IMG/VR virus record: IMGVR_UViG_3300048839_000424
Coordinates: 1 to 64,000 of that record
Strand: one strand, 5' to 3'
DNA from: a virus
Length of the DNA stretch: 64,000 nt
Part shown: positions 30,760 to 39,838 of the stretch, piece after piece
Position numbering within the stretch: the stretch's first letter is position 1
How the letters are laid out: every line of letters begins with the position of its first letter
Notes under the pieces: model-generated
Seen by the model: only the letters and a program-made list of their open reading frames with translations
The model's database searches: none
What the model was told of the DNA's origin: nothing
Translations under genes and position numbers: made by a program

Positions 30760-31409
30760 AGAAACTACTAGTCACACTTTCATTTCTAACCACGGCATTG
30801 TTTGCCACGGCTACCCTTGCAGCACCACCGGAGGGTGATACCTCTTCGACCGGCGCAGTAGAGGTTGTCTCTACCACGGGCGAGGCTGCTTCTACGAGCG
30901 GCGATGCAACCCCTGATACTTCAGGTGGTGAAGCTCCCGTAGCGGGAGATCTTGGCGTCGTTGCCTCCAGCACGGGGGGCGAGGAGGACAGCACCGGCAG
31001 TGATTCAGGTGCAGTGGACACCACTGGTGGTGAGACAGGTCCAGCCGAGATTGCTTCCGATGAGGAAGCAGTTGCGGCAGCGAAGGCCCTTTTCGGAGCC
31101 CTTCAGGTGGGTGACATCCCCCTGGCAGTTGCCCTGGGTTTGATGCTACTCGTCTATATCGTTCGTCGTACCCATGTCGCTGACATGTCGAACGCTTGGA
31201 TTGCCGCTGGCCTCTCGGTCGTAGGTTATGTTGCCGCCGACCTTCTTACCGCTGGAGCAGGGAATGTTCTCAACTCCGTGATGAGCGGTCTGATGGCCGG
31301 TATTGCCGCCGCTGGACTTGGTGAGCTTGTTGTCGCCCGTCTGATGAGCGGTAAGGCCGAACCCGCGAAGGCCGAGCCTGCAAAGGCGAATGAGGAGAAG
31401 TCCGAGTAA
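30756..31409 (+). CDS. Membrane protein: signal peptide, S/T/G/D/E-rich linker, holin-like C-terminal TM helices
   Basis: Likely start is ATG 30756 (GGAG upstream, ATGA overlap): MKKLLVTLSFLTTALFATATLA-A signal peptide; about 3 hydrophobic helices ending GLMAGIAAAGLGEL, similar to the GLAAxGxxE motif of A118-like holins. Confidence 0.55.
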   Translation: MKKLLVTLSFLTTALFATATLAAPPEGDTSSTGAVEVVSTTGEAASTSGDATPDTSGGEAPVAGDLGVVASSTGGEEDSTGSDSGAVDTTGGETGPAEIASDEEAVAAAKALFGALQVGDIPLAVALGLMLLVYIVRRTHVADMSNAWIAAGLSVVGYVAADLLTAGAGNVLNSVMSGLMAGIAAAGLGELVVARLMSGKAEPAKAEPAKANEEKSE

Positions 31410-31424
31410 TCCTCTCCCCTAAAG

Positions 31425-31467
31425 AAAAAGCCCCGGTTAGTAACCACTGACCGGGGTTTTTCCTTTT
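31425..31467 (+). terminator. Rho-independent terminator (possibly bidirectional)
   Basis: AAAAAG-CCCCGGTTAGT-aacc-ACTGACCGGGG-TTTTTCCTTTT: 11-bp stem with one G-U pair, T-tract downstream and A-tract upstream; closes the structural operon. Confidence 0.9.
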
Positions 31468-31491
31468 AAGCGTGGGTATGATCTAATTGTC

Positions 31492-31716
31492 ATGCGAGTG
31501 TACGTAAATCTCGACCCACATACACAAGAGGAAGATGTCGAAGCCATCCGTTCGGATTTGGCTCTGAATATGCGAAATGAGTATCCTCATGTGAGTATAG
31601 ATGTTGGTATTGGATCGGCATTTTCAGTATCCTTTATTGGAGTCCCTGAGAAACTCAAAGCGGAAATCTATCTACTGATCAATAGTTACTTTCATGGCGA
31701 AGAAGACGACCTCTAA
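31492..31716 (+). CDS. Hypothetical protein
   Basis: 74-aa ORF just after the terminator, overlapping the start of the chaperonin gene. Confidence 0.55.
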   Translation: MRVYVNLDPHTQEEDVEAIRSDLALNMRNEYPHVSIDVGIGSAFSVSFIGVPEKLKAEIYLLINSYFHGEEDDL

Positions 31717-33247
31717 AAAAGTCCACCACGGATTGCAAGCAAGAAAAGGGCTACTGAAAGGTGCCCTTGATTTGTCACGTCTCGTAGGGGTTACATACGG
31801 CCCCTACGGTCGTAATGTCGTTCTTGACCGTCCCGTAGGGATTCTATCTACCAAGGATGGCGTCACCGTTGCTTGGGAATACGAACCTCAAGACCCGGTA
31901 GAACGCATGGGAGTTCGAATCGTACAGGAGGCGTGCTCGAAAGTCTCCAAGTCCGCTGGAGATGGGACAACAAGTACGGCGGTTCTGATCGGAGCTATCT
32001 TGCGAGAAGCCCATAAATGGGTCGTGGCAGGAAAAGACCCTATGCTCATCGCTCAAGAGATGCAGACGTTCGTGCAGGAGAGCCTGGAGGAGATGTTGAA
32101 TCTCTGGAAACGTGATGTAAGCACGGACACGGACCTACTAACCGTTGCATTAAGAGCCTGTAACGGAGATAGGGAACTAGCAACGGCGTTGGTTCAGGTC
32201 ATGGGCAAGATCGGAACGAAAGGCGTCGTTGTTCTGGAAGAAGGAAAATCCCGAGAGATCGAGATGGTTTTCAAGCAAGGGTTAGAAACTGACAGAGGTT
32301 GGGAGAGTTCGGATTTTTGTCCCTCGGATGACAGTAAGGTGTTTTTCGAGTTGCCCTTGGTCGCTCTGGTAGATGACGTGTTGGAGAAAGCCGAGCAGGT
32401 AGTTCCTATCCTCGAAGAAGCCTCCCAGTTTCCGCATCCTTTGGTGATCGTGTCCAAGGGCATGTACGGGGATGCGTTGAAAACACTCCTCATGAACCAA
32501 GAAACGGTGAAGTCCTGTGGGGTTCGTTGCATGGGACATCATGAGTTCATGAGAACACATTTAGAGGATTTAGCGGCGATATCGGGAGCAACCGTGTGGG
32601 CTAAAGAGTTGGGGGAATATAAGGCGGAGTATCTAGGTTCTGTTCAAACGGTCACGGTCAAGAAGGAGTCCTCGACATTCGTTGCTTTCCCTGATAAAAA
32701 TGAGCAAGTAGCGATGAGAATCCGTCAACTGGAGAATCAACTCGTAAGCACGGAGAGTGTTTTCGAGCAAGATAAGCTCAAGGAGAGAATCGCCAAACTT
32801 TCGGATGGGTTTTGTCTTTTGAGAGTCGGTGGGGATACGGAGTTAGAGATCAAAGAACGTCGTGGAAGATTGGAGGATGCTTTGTTTTCCATGAGATTAG
32901 CGGTAGAGCATGGGGTGGTTCCGGGGGGTGGGCTTACCTTTTTCAAGGTTGGTCAGTTGTTGGAGGATGCGGATAGCATTGGAGAGCGGATACTATCTGT
33001 GGCTTTGAAGGAACCATTCCGCAAGATTTACAGTAATGGTGGTAAGAGTCCTCGCGTGTTAGAGGCTCAAATGGAGTATGTTCCAGTAGACTCTTGGGTA
33101 GGGTATACTCTTGATGGGATACGGGATGTGTCTCAAGGTAAGGGATTGTTAGATTCGGCATCCTCTGTGTTAGAGGTGATTCGAGTTTCTGTTTCGACCG
33201 CGAGTACTATTCTTACCTCAGAGGTTTCGATTACGAGTATCAAATGA
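31694..33247 (+). CDS. groEL: Phage-encoded GroEL-like chaperonin
   Basis: TYGPYGRNV, TKDGVTVA, AGDGTTS, KLKERIAKL, RLEDAL and GVVPGGG motifs; divergent, lacks the GGM tail. Confidence 0.93.
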   Translation: MAKKTTSKKVHHGLQARKGLLKGALDLSRLVGVTYGPYGRNVVLDRPVGILSTKDGVTVAWEYEPQDPVERMGVRIVQEACSKVSKSAGDGTTSTAVLIGAILREAHKWVVAGKDPMLIAQEMQTFVQESLEEMLNLWKRDVSTDTDLLTVALRACNGDRELATALVQVMGKIGTKGVVVLEEGKSREIEMVFKQGLETDRGWESSDFCPSDDSKVFFELPLVALVDDVLEKAEQVVPILEEASQFPHPLVIVSKGMYGDALKTLLMNQETVKSCGVRCMGHHEFMRTHLEDLAAISGATVWAKELGEYKAEYLGSVQTVTVKKESSTFVAFPDKNEQVAMRIRQLENQLVSTESVFEQDKLKERIAKLSDGFCLLRVGGDTELEIKERRGRLEDALFSMRLAVEHGVVPGGGLTFFKVGQLLEDADSIGERILSVALKEPFRKIYSNGGKSPRVLEAQMEYVPVDSWVGYTLDGIRDVSQGKGLLDSASSVLEVIRVSVSTASTILTSEVSITSIK

Positions 33248-34297
33248 GTGACAAATACAAAATCATACACGGAAATATGCTTGAAGTGTTGAAAACACTT
33301 CAAGAAAATAGCATCGACGCCATCGTTTGTGATCCACCCTATGAAATCAATTTCATGGGCCGAGGTTGGGACAAATCCGGCATCGCATTCCAAAAAGAAA
33401 CATGGGCTGAATGTTTAAGAGTATTGAAGCCGGGAGGCTATTTAGTAGCATTTGGAGCGGCGCGAACGATGCATCGCATCACATGCGCGATTGAGGATGC
33501 CGGTTTCGAAATTCGAGACACGTTGCAGTGGGTTTTTGGAAATGGGTTTCCCAAGTCGCTGGACGTTGGTAAAGCTATTGCGAAACGTGCAGGCGGCGAA
33601 ATCGAAGCGCGTGCAGCTATCGAGTGGATGAAGCGCGAACGGGAGAGGTTGGGTCTTTCCCGTGCAGCTCTTGAAGTCCGCATTTTCGGGCGCTGTGATG
33701 GCAACGTGAGGAACTGGGAGGACGCCATTTCGCTACCAAGGCCGGGGCTTTGGCCGCAGATTCGCGCGGCACTCGGGCACGGTGCGACGCTGTTCGACGC
33801 TGTGATGGAGAGGGGTGACGAAAAGGTAGGTGAGACAACCGGATCTTATGGGTATCAAGCTGACGGGTCTAGGTGGAAAAAGCCACGCGAGTTGCGAGAG
33901 CCGAACACAGAAGCAGCGAAAACCTGGCACGGCTACGGCACCGCACTAAAACCAGCGCACGAGCCGATCACGCTGGCCCGAAAGCCCTTACAGGGCACGG
34001 TCGCCGCGAACGTGGCGAAGTGGGGAACGGGCGGGATTGACGTTGACGGGTGTCGGGTCGGGGAGAGCAAGCGCGTGCCTGGTAACGCTAGCTGTGCTAG
34101 CGAGTATAAAGTGGGGCACATCGCAGAGGGTCACTACCTCAAGGGGCTAAGGTATCTAGCGGAAGGTGAGAGTTCCGGTAACGGTCCCAACGTAGGCCGC
34201 TGGCCGCCGAACCTCATCATCGACGACGGCGCGGGCGAGGATCGCCCATGCTGAGGGAGAGATTTCGTTAGAGGATTTGAATGAGTTATTCGGATGA
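33244..34297 (+). pseudogene. Beta-class DNA amino-methyltransferase with XRE-HTH insertion, internally deleted and frameshifted
   Basis: ORF 33244..34254 has DPPY, GFPKS, GTALKPAHEPI and GRWPPNL but no FxGxG; the C-terminus ARARIAHAEGEISLEDLNELFG* continues in the +1 frame at 34229-34297. Confidence 0.75.
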
Positions 34298-34590
34298 GGA
34301 TTGTATCAGTGATAAGGAAGCCCTTTGAGGGATCGACAACGCAAAACGTGTTGGTTCATCATGTCTCGTGTATCAACATTGACGGGACCACCCATCAAAC
34401 TCACGGTGCGGGAAGCAACGGGATTTATGGGAAGTATGCTGCCATTCAAAGCAACAAAACACGAGGACAGGAACTTGGCCGTTGGCCAGCAAACTTGATT
34501 TTGAGCTACCCAGAGGGTGTTGAGACATTGAATCAACAAACAGGGTTGGAGTACAATGGGGCAAGGTTCTTCAGGAATGTTCTGCTATGA
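34294..34590 (+). CDS. Stand-alone MTase middle module (copy 1)
   Basis: MRIVSVIRKPFEGS..INIDG..GRWPANLIL..GARFF, homologous to the internal segment of 33244 and to 44433..45041; ATGA overlaps at both ends. Confidence 0.7.
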   Translation: MRIVSVIRKPFEGSTTQNVLVHHVSCINIDGTTHQTHGAGSNGIYGKYAAIQSNKTRGQELGRWPANLILSYPEGVETLNQQTGLEYNGARFFRNVLL

Positions 34591-35405
34591 AACGACTAGA
34601 TCTAGTTCACTACCGCAAGGGGTCACTAACCTCCGACACGGTTGAAGCCCTCCGTCATTTGGAACTTCGTACCGCCAAAGCTGATAAGAGCTTTGTTCTT
34701 CATGTCTCATCCCGTGGGTTGGAATCCATGAAATGGGGTGAGGTTAGAGAAAACCCTGGTCCTACAGGATGCCGACCTGAATGGTCTGCGGTTCCTACGG
34801 GACGAGAGATTTACCTCCGATTGGAAATCAACGACGACCAAGGACACCCAGACTCAAAGCGAGAAAGAGAACTTGCCTTGCTCTGGGGGTTGGCAATCCC
34901 TCTTGGTTTTACCCCGTGGGTTCGTTACCCCCTCCCTGGTCCCGGTGATGATGTGTTTCACTACTATGGACCGTGGAGATCGTTGATGGACAGTTTGATG
35001 GGAATGGGTCGTGGTGAGGAAGCATGGCCAAGTTTCTGTTGTGCAGCACAGGTTGATGTCGGTGCTTGGGAGGGGAATAGACCTACCGAGCGATTTGTTC
35101 AAGCGCAGTTACACCGTATGGGATACAATCATGGTCCCGTAGATGGAATGGTTGGACCTCGAACAGAGACGGCTCTCAAGGGGGCTGGATTGCATGGGTT
35201 GGCCTTATCAGAGGCGGCAAAAAAACTCACCTCTCTGGAGTCTAAACCAGCCCAGCGGACGAAAAAAAGGAAGGGGCATATCGTTCTCCCGGAGACTAAT
35301 TTCTCTATAACTTCCTATGGACAGGTGAGAACAATCCAAACGGCTCAGGGGGCTGCGGTCGAACTAGATGGCCCTGGTCGGATTATCATCACCACGCAGG
35401 AATAA
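34587..35405 (+). CDS. Peptidoglycan-binding domain protein
   Basis: FVQAQLHRMGYNHGPVDGMVGPRTETAL matches the PG_binding_1 pattern. Confidence 0.7.
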   Translation: MKRLDLVHYRKGSLTSDTVEALRHLELRTAKADKSFVLHVSSRGLESMKWGEVRENPGPTGCRPEWSAVPTGREIYLRLEINDDQGHPDSKRERELALLWGLAIPLGFTPWVRYPLPGPGDDVFHYYGPWRSLMDSLMGMGRGEEAWPSFCCAAQVDVGAWEGNRPTERFVQAQLHRMGYNHGPVDGMVGPRTETALKGAGLHGLALSEAAKKLTSLESKPAQRTKKRKGHIVLPETNFSITSYGQVRTIQTAQGAAVELDGPGRIIITTQE

Positions 35406-36046
35406 TGACGAGATTACACGAAAAGGTCGCATGGGCATGGTTAGACCGATTGCTCGGAAAGAAGGTCGTTGAGCCATCTCCCTCCGTGAACTCTGATTTG
35501 TCTGATGCACAGAAAAAAGCGATCATTGATGACTCGTACCAGAGGATCAAAAAAGACCTCCTTGCGGCTCTGAAAAACGGTCATGCGGAGATTTTTCAAC
35601 AAGCGGAGAGAGCGGGTCGTAGGTGGGGAGTACAACCATTGTTTCTCCTCTATTTCCTCGCTGAAGGAAAAAACTGGCCATCACGTCTTGATGCTACGGT
35701 GAAGGAAAAGCTGCGACTACTTCAGGCTCTTTTACTGAACTTTGGCGTGGCGGAGTTCTATCCGAACGAGATGGGGGAGTTCCCTGATTGGGACAGATTG
35801 ACTTCAGCCATGATGGAGATGGGGACATATGGGTGGGGTGTTGTGGTCTGGAAGATTATCGTCCCGAGCTTTAATGCGGCGGTGAGTCGTGAGGCAAAGC
35901 GGGTGCTTCATATCTTCAAAAGACCGGGGGGTTCTAAAAACCCGGACGCTTTTTGGTATCTCTCCAAGTACTTCCAGAAGTCCTGGTGGCACGATAACAT
36001 CCCCTACAAGCATATCATCCTGATGCTGACTAAAGAACTGTTCTGA
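35405..36046 (+). CDS. Hypothetical protein
   Basis: 213-aa ORF, AGGA RBS, TAATG overlap with the upstream gene. Confidence 0.6.
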   Translation: MTRLHEKVAWAWLDRLLGKKVVEPSPSVNSDLSDAQKKAIIDDSYQRIKKDLLAALKNGHAEIFQQAERAGRRWGVQPLFLLYFLAEGKNWPSRLDATVKEKLRLLQALLLNFGVAEFYPNEMGEFPDWDRLTSAMMEMGTYGWGVVVWKIIVPSFNAAVSREAKRVLHIFKRPGGSKNPDAFWYLSKYFQKSWWHDNIPYKHIILMLTKELF

Positions 36047-36066
36047 AGGCGTATAATGCCTGACGT

Positions 36067-39000
36067 ATGGATGAGGCATTAAAAGTAGCGTATGAGAAAT
36101 TGAAAGAGATCCGGGGTCGCAAGGATCTCGCCCTCAAACCCAACAAGTACCTCAAGGACACCTTTACGGGATTTGATGGGCAGGAGTATCCGTTCAAGCT
36201 ACGGTACTACCAAGTCCAAGGGGTTCTTCACATGGTTGTGATGAATCGTTTTCTTCTTGGGGACGACACCGGCACAGGAAAGTGCCAGCCGTATGATTCT
36301 CTTGTTCTGACTGACAGGGGTCTCCTAAAGATGGGGGAAATCGAAGATTGGTCAGACATGACACCTGATAGCTTTCGCCCTATGAGCAAAAGCCTTCATG
36401 TGTTAGTAGATGGGGAAAAACTCCCCATCAAGAGCTTTTACTATGGTGGGGTCAAGTCTACGGTTACGGTCCATACTAGGTATGGGTTTAAAAACACTGG
36501 GTCACAAGTTCACCCAATGTTAGTTCTTCGGGATGGTTCCCATCAATGGGTGCAGGCTAAAGATCTGATTGAGGGGGACTATCTTTGTATTGAGAGACGT
36601 GAGATGTCCTTCCCCGAGAGTGAGCCCAAGCTAATCGGGAAAGGCCCCTTGGAAGAGGTAACACCTGATTTTGCTCGATTTGTGGGTTACTACATTGGAC
36701 GAGGTACTCTAATAGCTAGAGACCAGATAAGTGTCTCCCAGTACCCAGTGAACCCCCCCGAGGTGCTTGCAGACATTATCCGTGTTATGGGTTCAGTTTT
36801 CAATAAGGTTCCCTCACATCTTAAGGGAATAGACTTGAGTGTCTGTGACACGAGAGCACGACGGTGGTTGGTTGAAAATGGTATGGGTTATCTGAAATCT
36901 GCATACCGAGACATTCCTGACTGTATTCTCCAGGCTTCAAAAACTAGCACTCAAGAGTTTTTACGAGCCTTTTTTGAGGGAGCGGGGCACGTGGATAAGT
37001 CCATCGAACTTACCACCACATCAAAAACACTAGGGGAGCAGCTACAAGTCCTACTCCTGAGATTTGGTGTAGTAGCTAAGAGAGAAAAGGTCTATAGTCA
37101 AGGGGTCTATGGTCAAGAGGGTCATGTTTATTGGCGCCTGACTATATGTGATAGAGAAGCCGAAATCTTTCGTGACCAGATTGGGTTTGTGTCCTCTCGA
37201 AAAAAGGAGGCTTTAAATGCACTCGTCGATTGCAGTACGCCTCTTTTGAACACGTCGTATTTTTACGACCCTGTTGTAGAGATAGAACAAGGGGAAGAAG
37301 AGGTTTTTGACATTGAAGTGGATGACCCTCGTCATTGTTTCGTCAGCAATGGGTTTGTCAATCACAATACTGCGATGGCTATTTCATCCTATGCCTACGT
37401 CTTAGACAAAGAGCCGAATACGAAAGCAGTAGTGCTTACGAACAAGTCCGTGGTTGGTCAATGGGCCTTGGAATTCGAGAAGTTCACGAAACCGGGGATG
37501 ATTCGAGTCATCCAAGTAAGTGGAACCCCAAAGAAGCGGGAAGCCGCTTATGAGGAGTTCAAGAATAGTCAAGGTCCAACCGTGATGATCATGGGATATG
37601 CGACTGCGCGACAGGATGTCAAACAGCTTCAAACCATCAAGGACTACATTTTGATCACGGACGAAGCGAGTGCCTACAAGAACCCTTCCTCCCAGATTCA
37701 CCAAGTCGTTCGGTTCATGGCGAATCAACAGGCGAAGCGCGTCTGGGCTCTCACAGCAACCCTGATCAAGAACAATCTAGTCGAGGGGTATGGGATCTAT
37801 TCAGTCCTGTGTCCGGGATTGTTCCCCCCAACGAAAAATGCGTTCATCAACTCGTATGCAATCACGAGGATGCAGAAAATCGCGGGCTCTAATCGCCAAG
37901 TCCCGGTCATTGTAGGATATCGGAAGGACCACATTGAGAACTTCCGTAACAAAATTGACCCCTTCTTCCTGTCTCGGTCCAAGATGGACGTGGCTTCGGA
38001 ACTTCCCGTGTTGACGATTAGGGAGGACAAGGTAGCGTTGACGCCCGAGCAACAGACGAAATACCAGGAGGCTTTGGATGGTCTCCTAGAGATTGATACG
38101 ACGGGTGAACAGAAGGAGACGACAAAACTCACGAGTCTAATCTACTGCCAACAAATCGTAGACCACCCGGACTTGATTGACTGTGAGGGGGGCTCGTACA
38201 AGATGGACCACTTGTTCGACATTCTCACGGAGGGCGATTTGGCAGGTGAGAAGGTCATTGTGTTCTCGCGGTTCCGCAAGATGATCGACCTCCTGGAGAA
38301 AGAGGCGAAGAAAAAGAAGATCACATCGGTGAGAATCACTGGTGCTGAAACCAAGGAGGAGGTGCGAAAGGAAGCGATGCAAAAGTTCCAGGATCCAAAC
38401 TCTGATGTTCAGGTCTGCTTTATTACTACAGCGGCAGCAGAGGGAATTAACCTCCAAGCGGCGAAAGCCATCGTTTTCTTCGACTCTCCTTGGTCCGCTG
38501 GAGATTACCTTCAGTGTTTAGATGAGGATACAGAAATATTGACTCAAAGAGGTTTTGTGGGTCGTACCTCTATTAAAGAGGATGATTTAGTTGCTGCAAT
38601 GAACACTCAAACCTCTGAAATTGAATGGCAGCCGATTCGTTCTATTACTGATCGTCCACGAGCGCAAGACGAACAAATGTATGAAGTCTCTACGAGACAT
38701 GTAAATATACGTGTCACAGGTGGACATCGTATGTTGTATAGAAGAAAAACGCTTAGAAACAACGTAGCGGTTTGGCCTATGGGGTGGGAAATTGAAACCG
38801 CTGAACAAATGGCAGTAGAGAAAACTCATTATCAAATCCCTGCCGCTGGTGAACAAAATTCAAAGGGGTTACCTCTCACTCAAGATCAACTTGAGTTTAT
38901 AGGTTGGTTCTTGTCTGACGGTTCCCTTAACAAATCAAACCATCAATTGGTAATTTCGCAAGCAATACATCAACCTCAGATTGTAGATTTACGGCGATGC

Positions 39001-39822
39001 ATTGAAAATTGTGGGTTTGATTGGAGCGAGTACAACCGAGATCCCAAAATGACTAAAGGATTTCCAAATGGTAAACCTCAAATAGTCTTCTCTATCCCCA
39101 AAGGAACACAAAACGGCACTCGTGCAAGGAAAGGATGGAAAGAACTAGAACCTTACCTTGACAAAGAGTTGTCACCCTTGTTAGAGGATGTAACCCCCGA
39201 ACAATTAAGTGCCCTGCTCCGAGGGTTGCATCTAGGGGATGGGAGTAAATATAGAGGTGACAAGTGGAATCAAGCCTCTTATCACATTTTCACTGGAAGA
39301 AAGGTTTTTGCCGAAAGACTACAGAGCTTGTGTGTTAGACGCGGTTTTCGTTGTAATCTCTCTATTCGACAGGCTGCACCTGGAAGAAAAGAAGGGTACA
39401 CACTACATATAAAAAAGACTAATGCGTGGTCTCTATGTGGAAATAAAAAAATGATAGGGCGCTCTCATATGTCCCCTTCCAAAAACATAGAACATGAGAG
39501 AGTATGGTGTGTTGAAAATGATTTGGGTACGCTCGTAACACGTCGTCGTGGAAAAGTAGCTGTTGTAGGAAATTGTATTGGGCGAATGATTCGCATTGGA
39601 AGTCAGCATGATCGTTGCTATGCGATTCACTTGGTCGCTTCGGGTACGATTGATGAGGATGTCATTGTGACCTTGAAGAAGAAGATGAAACTCGTAGAGA
39701 AAATCATGGGCAAGAGGTTGAAGGGTGAGAAGGATCAGGATGCCGTCATCGAGGCGGAAAACGACATCTCTGACCTATTTGATTCCGTCCGTGCGAATGC
39801 TCGAACTCGTAAGTACAAGTGA
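36067..39822 (+). CDS. SNF2-family (SF2) helicase/ATPase containing two inteins
   Basis: LRYYQ, LGDDTGTGK|T (motif I), DEAS (II), LTAT (III), KVIVFS (IV), AEGINLQ (V), Q|CIGRMIRIG (VI); spliced product about 536 aa. Confidence 0.93.
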   Translation: MDEALKVAYEKLKEIRGRKDLALKPNKYLKDTFTGFDGQEYPFKLRYYQVQGVLHMVVMNRFLLGDDTGTGKCQPYDSLVLTDRGLLKMGEIEDWSDMTPDSFRPMSKSLHVLVDGEKLPIKSFYYGGVKSTVTVHTRYGFKNTGSQVHPMLVLRDGSHQWVQAKDLIEGDYLCIERREMSFPESEPKLIGKGPLEEVTPDFARFVGYYIGRGTLIARDQISVSQYPVNPPEVLADIIRVMGSVFNKVPSHLKGIDLSVCDTRARRWLVENGMGYLKSAYRDIPDCILQASKTSTQEFLRAFFEGAGHVDKSIELTTTSKTLGEQLQVLLLRFGVVAKREKVYSQGVYGQEGHVYWRLTICDREAEIFRDQIGFVSSRKKEALNALVDCSTPLLNTSYFYDPVVEIEQGEEEVFDIEVDDPRHCFVSNGFVNHNTAMAISSYAYVLDKEPNTKAVVLTNKSVVGQWALEFEKFTKPGMIRVIQVSGTPKKREAAYEEFKNSQGPTVMIMGYATARQDVKQLQTIKDYILITDEASAYKNPSSQIHQVVRFMANQQAKRVWALTATLIKNNLVEGYGIYSVLCPGLFPPTKNAFINSYAITRMQKIAGSNRQVPVIVGYRKDHIENFRNKIDPFFLSRSKMDVASELPVLTIREDKVALTPEQQTKYQEALDGLLEIDTTGEQKETTKLTSLIYCQQIVDHPDLIDCEGGSYKMDHLFDILTEGDLAGEKVIVFSRFRKMIDLLEKEAKKKKITSVRITGAETKEEVRKEAMQKFQDPNSDVQVCFITTAAAEGINLQAAKAIVFFDSPWSAGDYLQCLDEDTEILTQRGFVGRTSIKEDDLVAAMNTQTSEIEWQPIRSITDRPRAQDEQMYEVSTRHVNIRVTGGHRMLYRRKTLRNNVAVWPMGWEIETAEQMAVEKTHYQIPAAGEQNSKGLPLTQDQLEFIGWFLSDGSLNKSNHQLVISQAIHQPQIVDLRRCIENCGFDWSEYNRDPKMTKGFPNGKPQIVFSIPKGTQNGTRARKGWKELEPYLDKELSPLLEDVTPEQLSALLRGLHLGDGSKYRGDKWNQASYHIFTGRKVFAERLQSLCVRRGFRCNLSIRQAAPGRKEGYTLHIKKTNAWSLCGNKKMIGRSHMSPSKNIEHERVWCVENDLGTLVTRRRGKVAVVGNCIGRMIRIGSQHDRCYAIHLVASGTIDEDVIVTLKKKMKLVEKIMGKRLKGEKDQDAVIEAENDISDLFDSVRANARTRKYK
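36283..37368 (+). mobile_element. Intein 1 (362 aa) in helicase Walker A, degenerate LAGLIDADG endonuclease
   Basis: CQPYDSLV...GFVNHN|T; endonuclease blocks FVGYYIGRG and FLRAFFEGAG lack the usual acidic residues. Confidence 0.9.
38515..39573 (+). mobile_element. Intein 2 (353 aa) in helicase motif VI, with LAGLIDADG endonuclease
   Basis: CLDEDTEILT...VTGGHR...VVGN|C; FIGWFLSDG and LLRGLHLGDG; AT-richer than the flanks. Confidence 0.9.
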
Positions 39823-39838
39823 AGGGAGTATAAGGAGA

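Noticed and set aside
31492-31716. GroES candidate upstream of groEL
   Set aside because: No PLxDRV or mobile-loop GGI motif; only the position fits.
39725-39838. ORF-track upstream extensions (also 30633, 46446 and 50314)
   Set aside because: They overlap the previous gene; downstream ATGs with an SD or ATGA coupling (39839, 30756, 46497, 50506) are more plausible.
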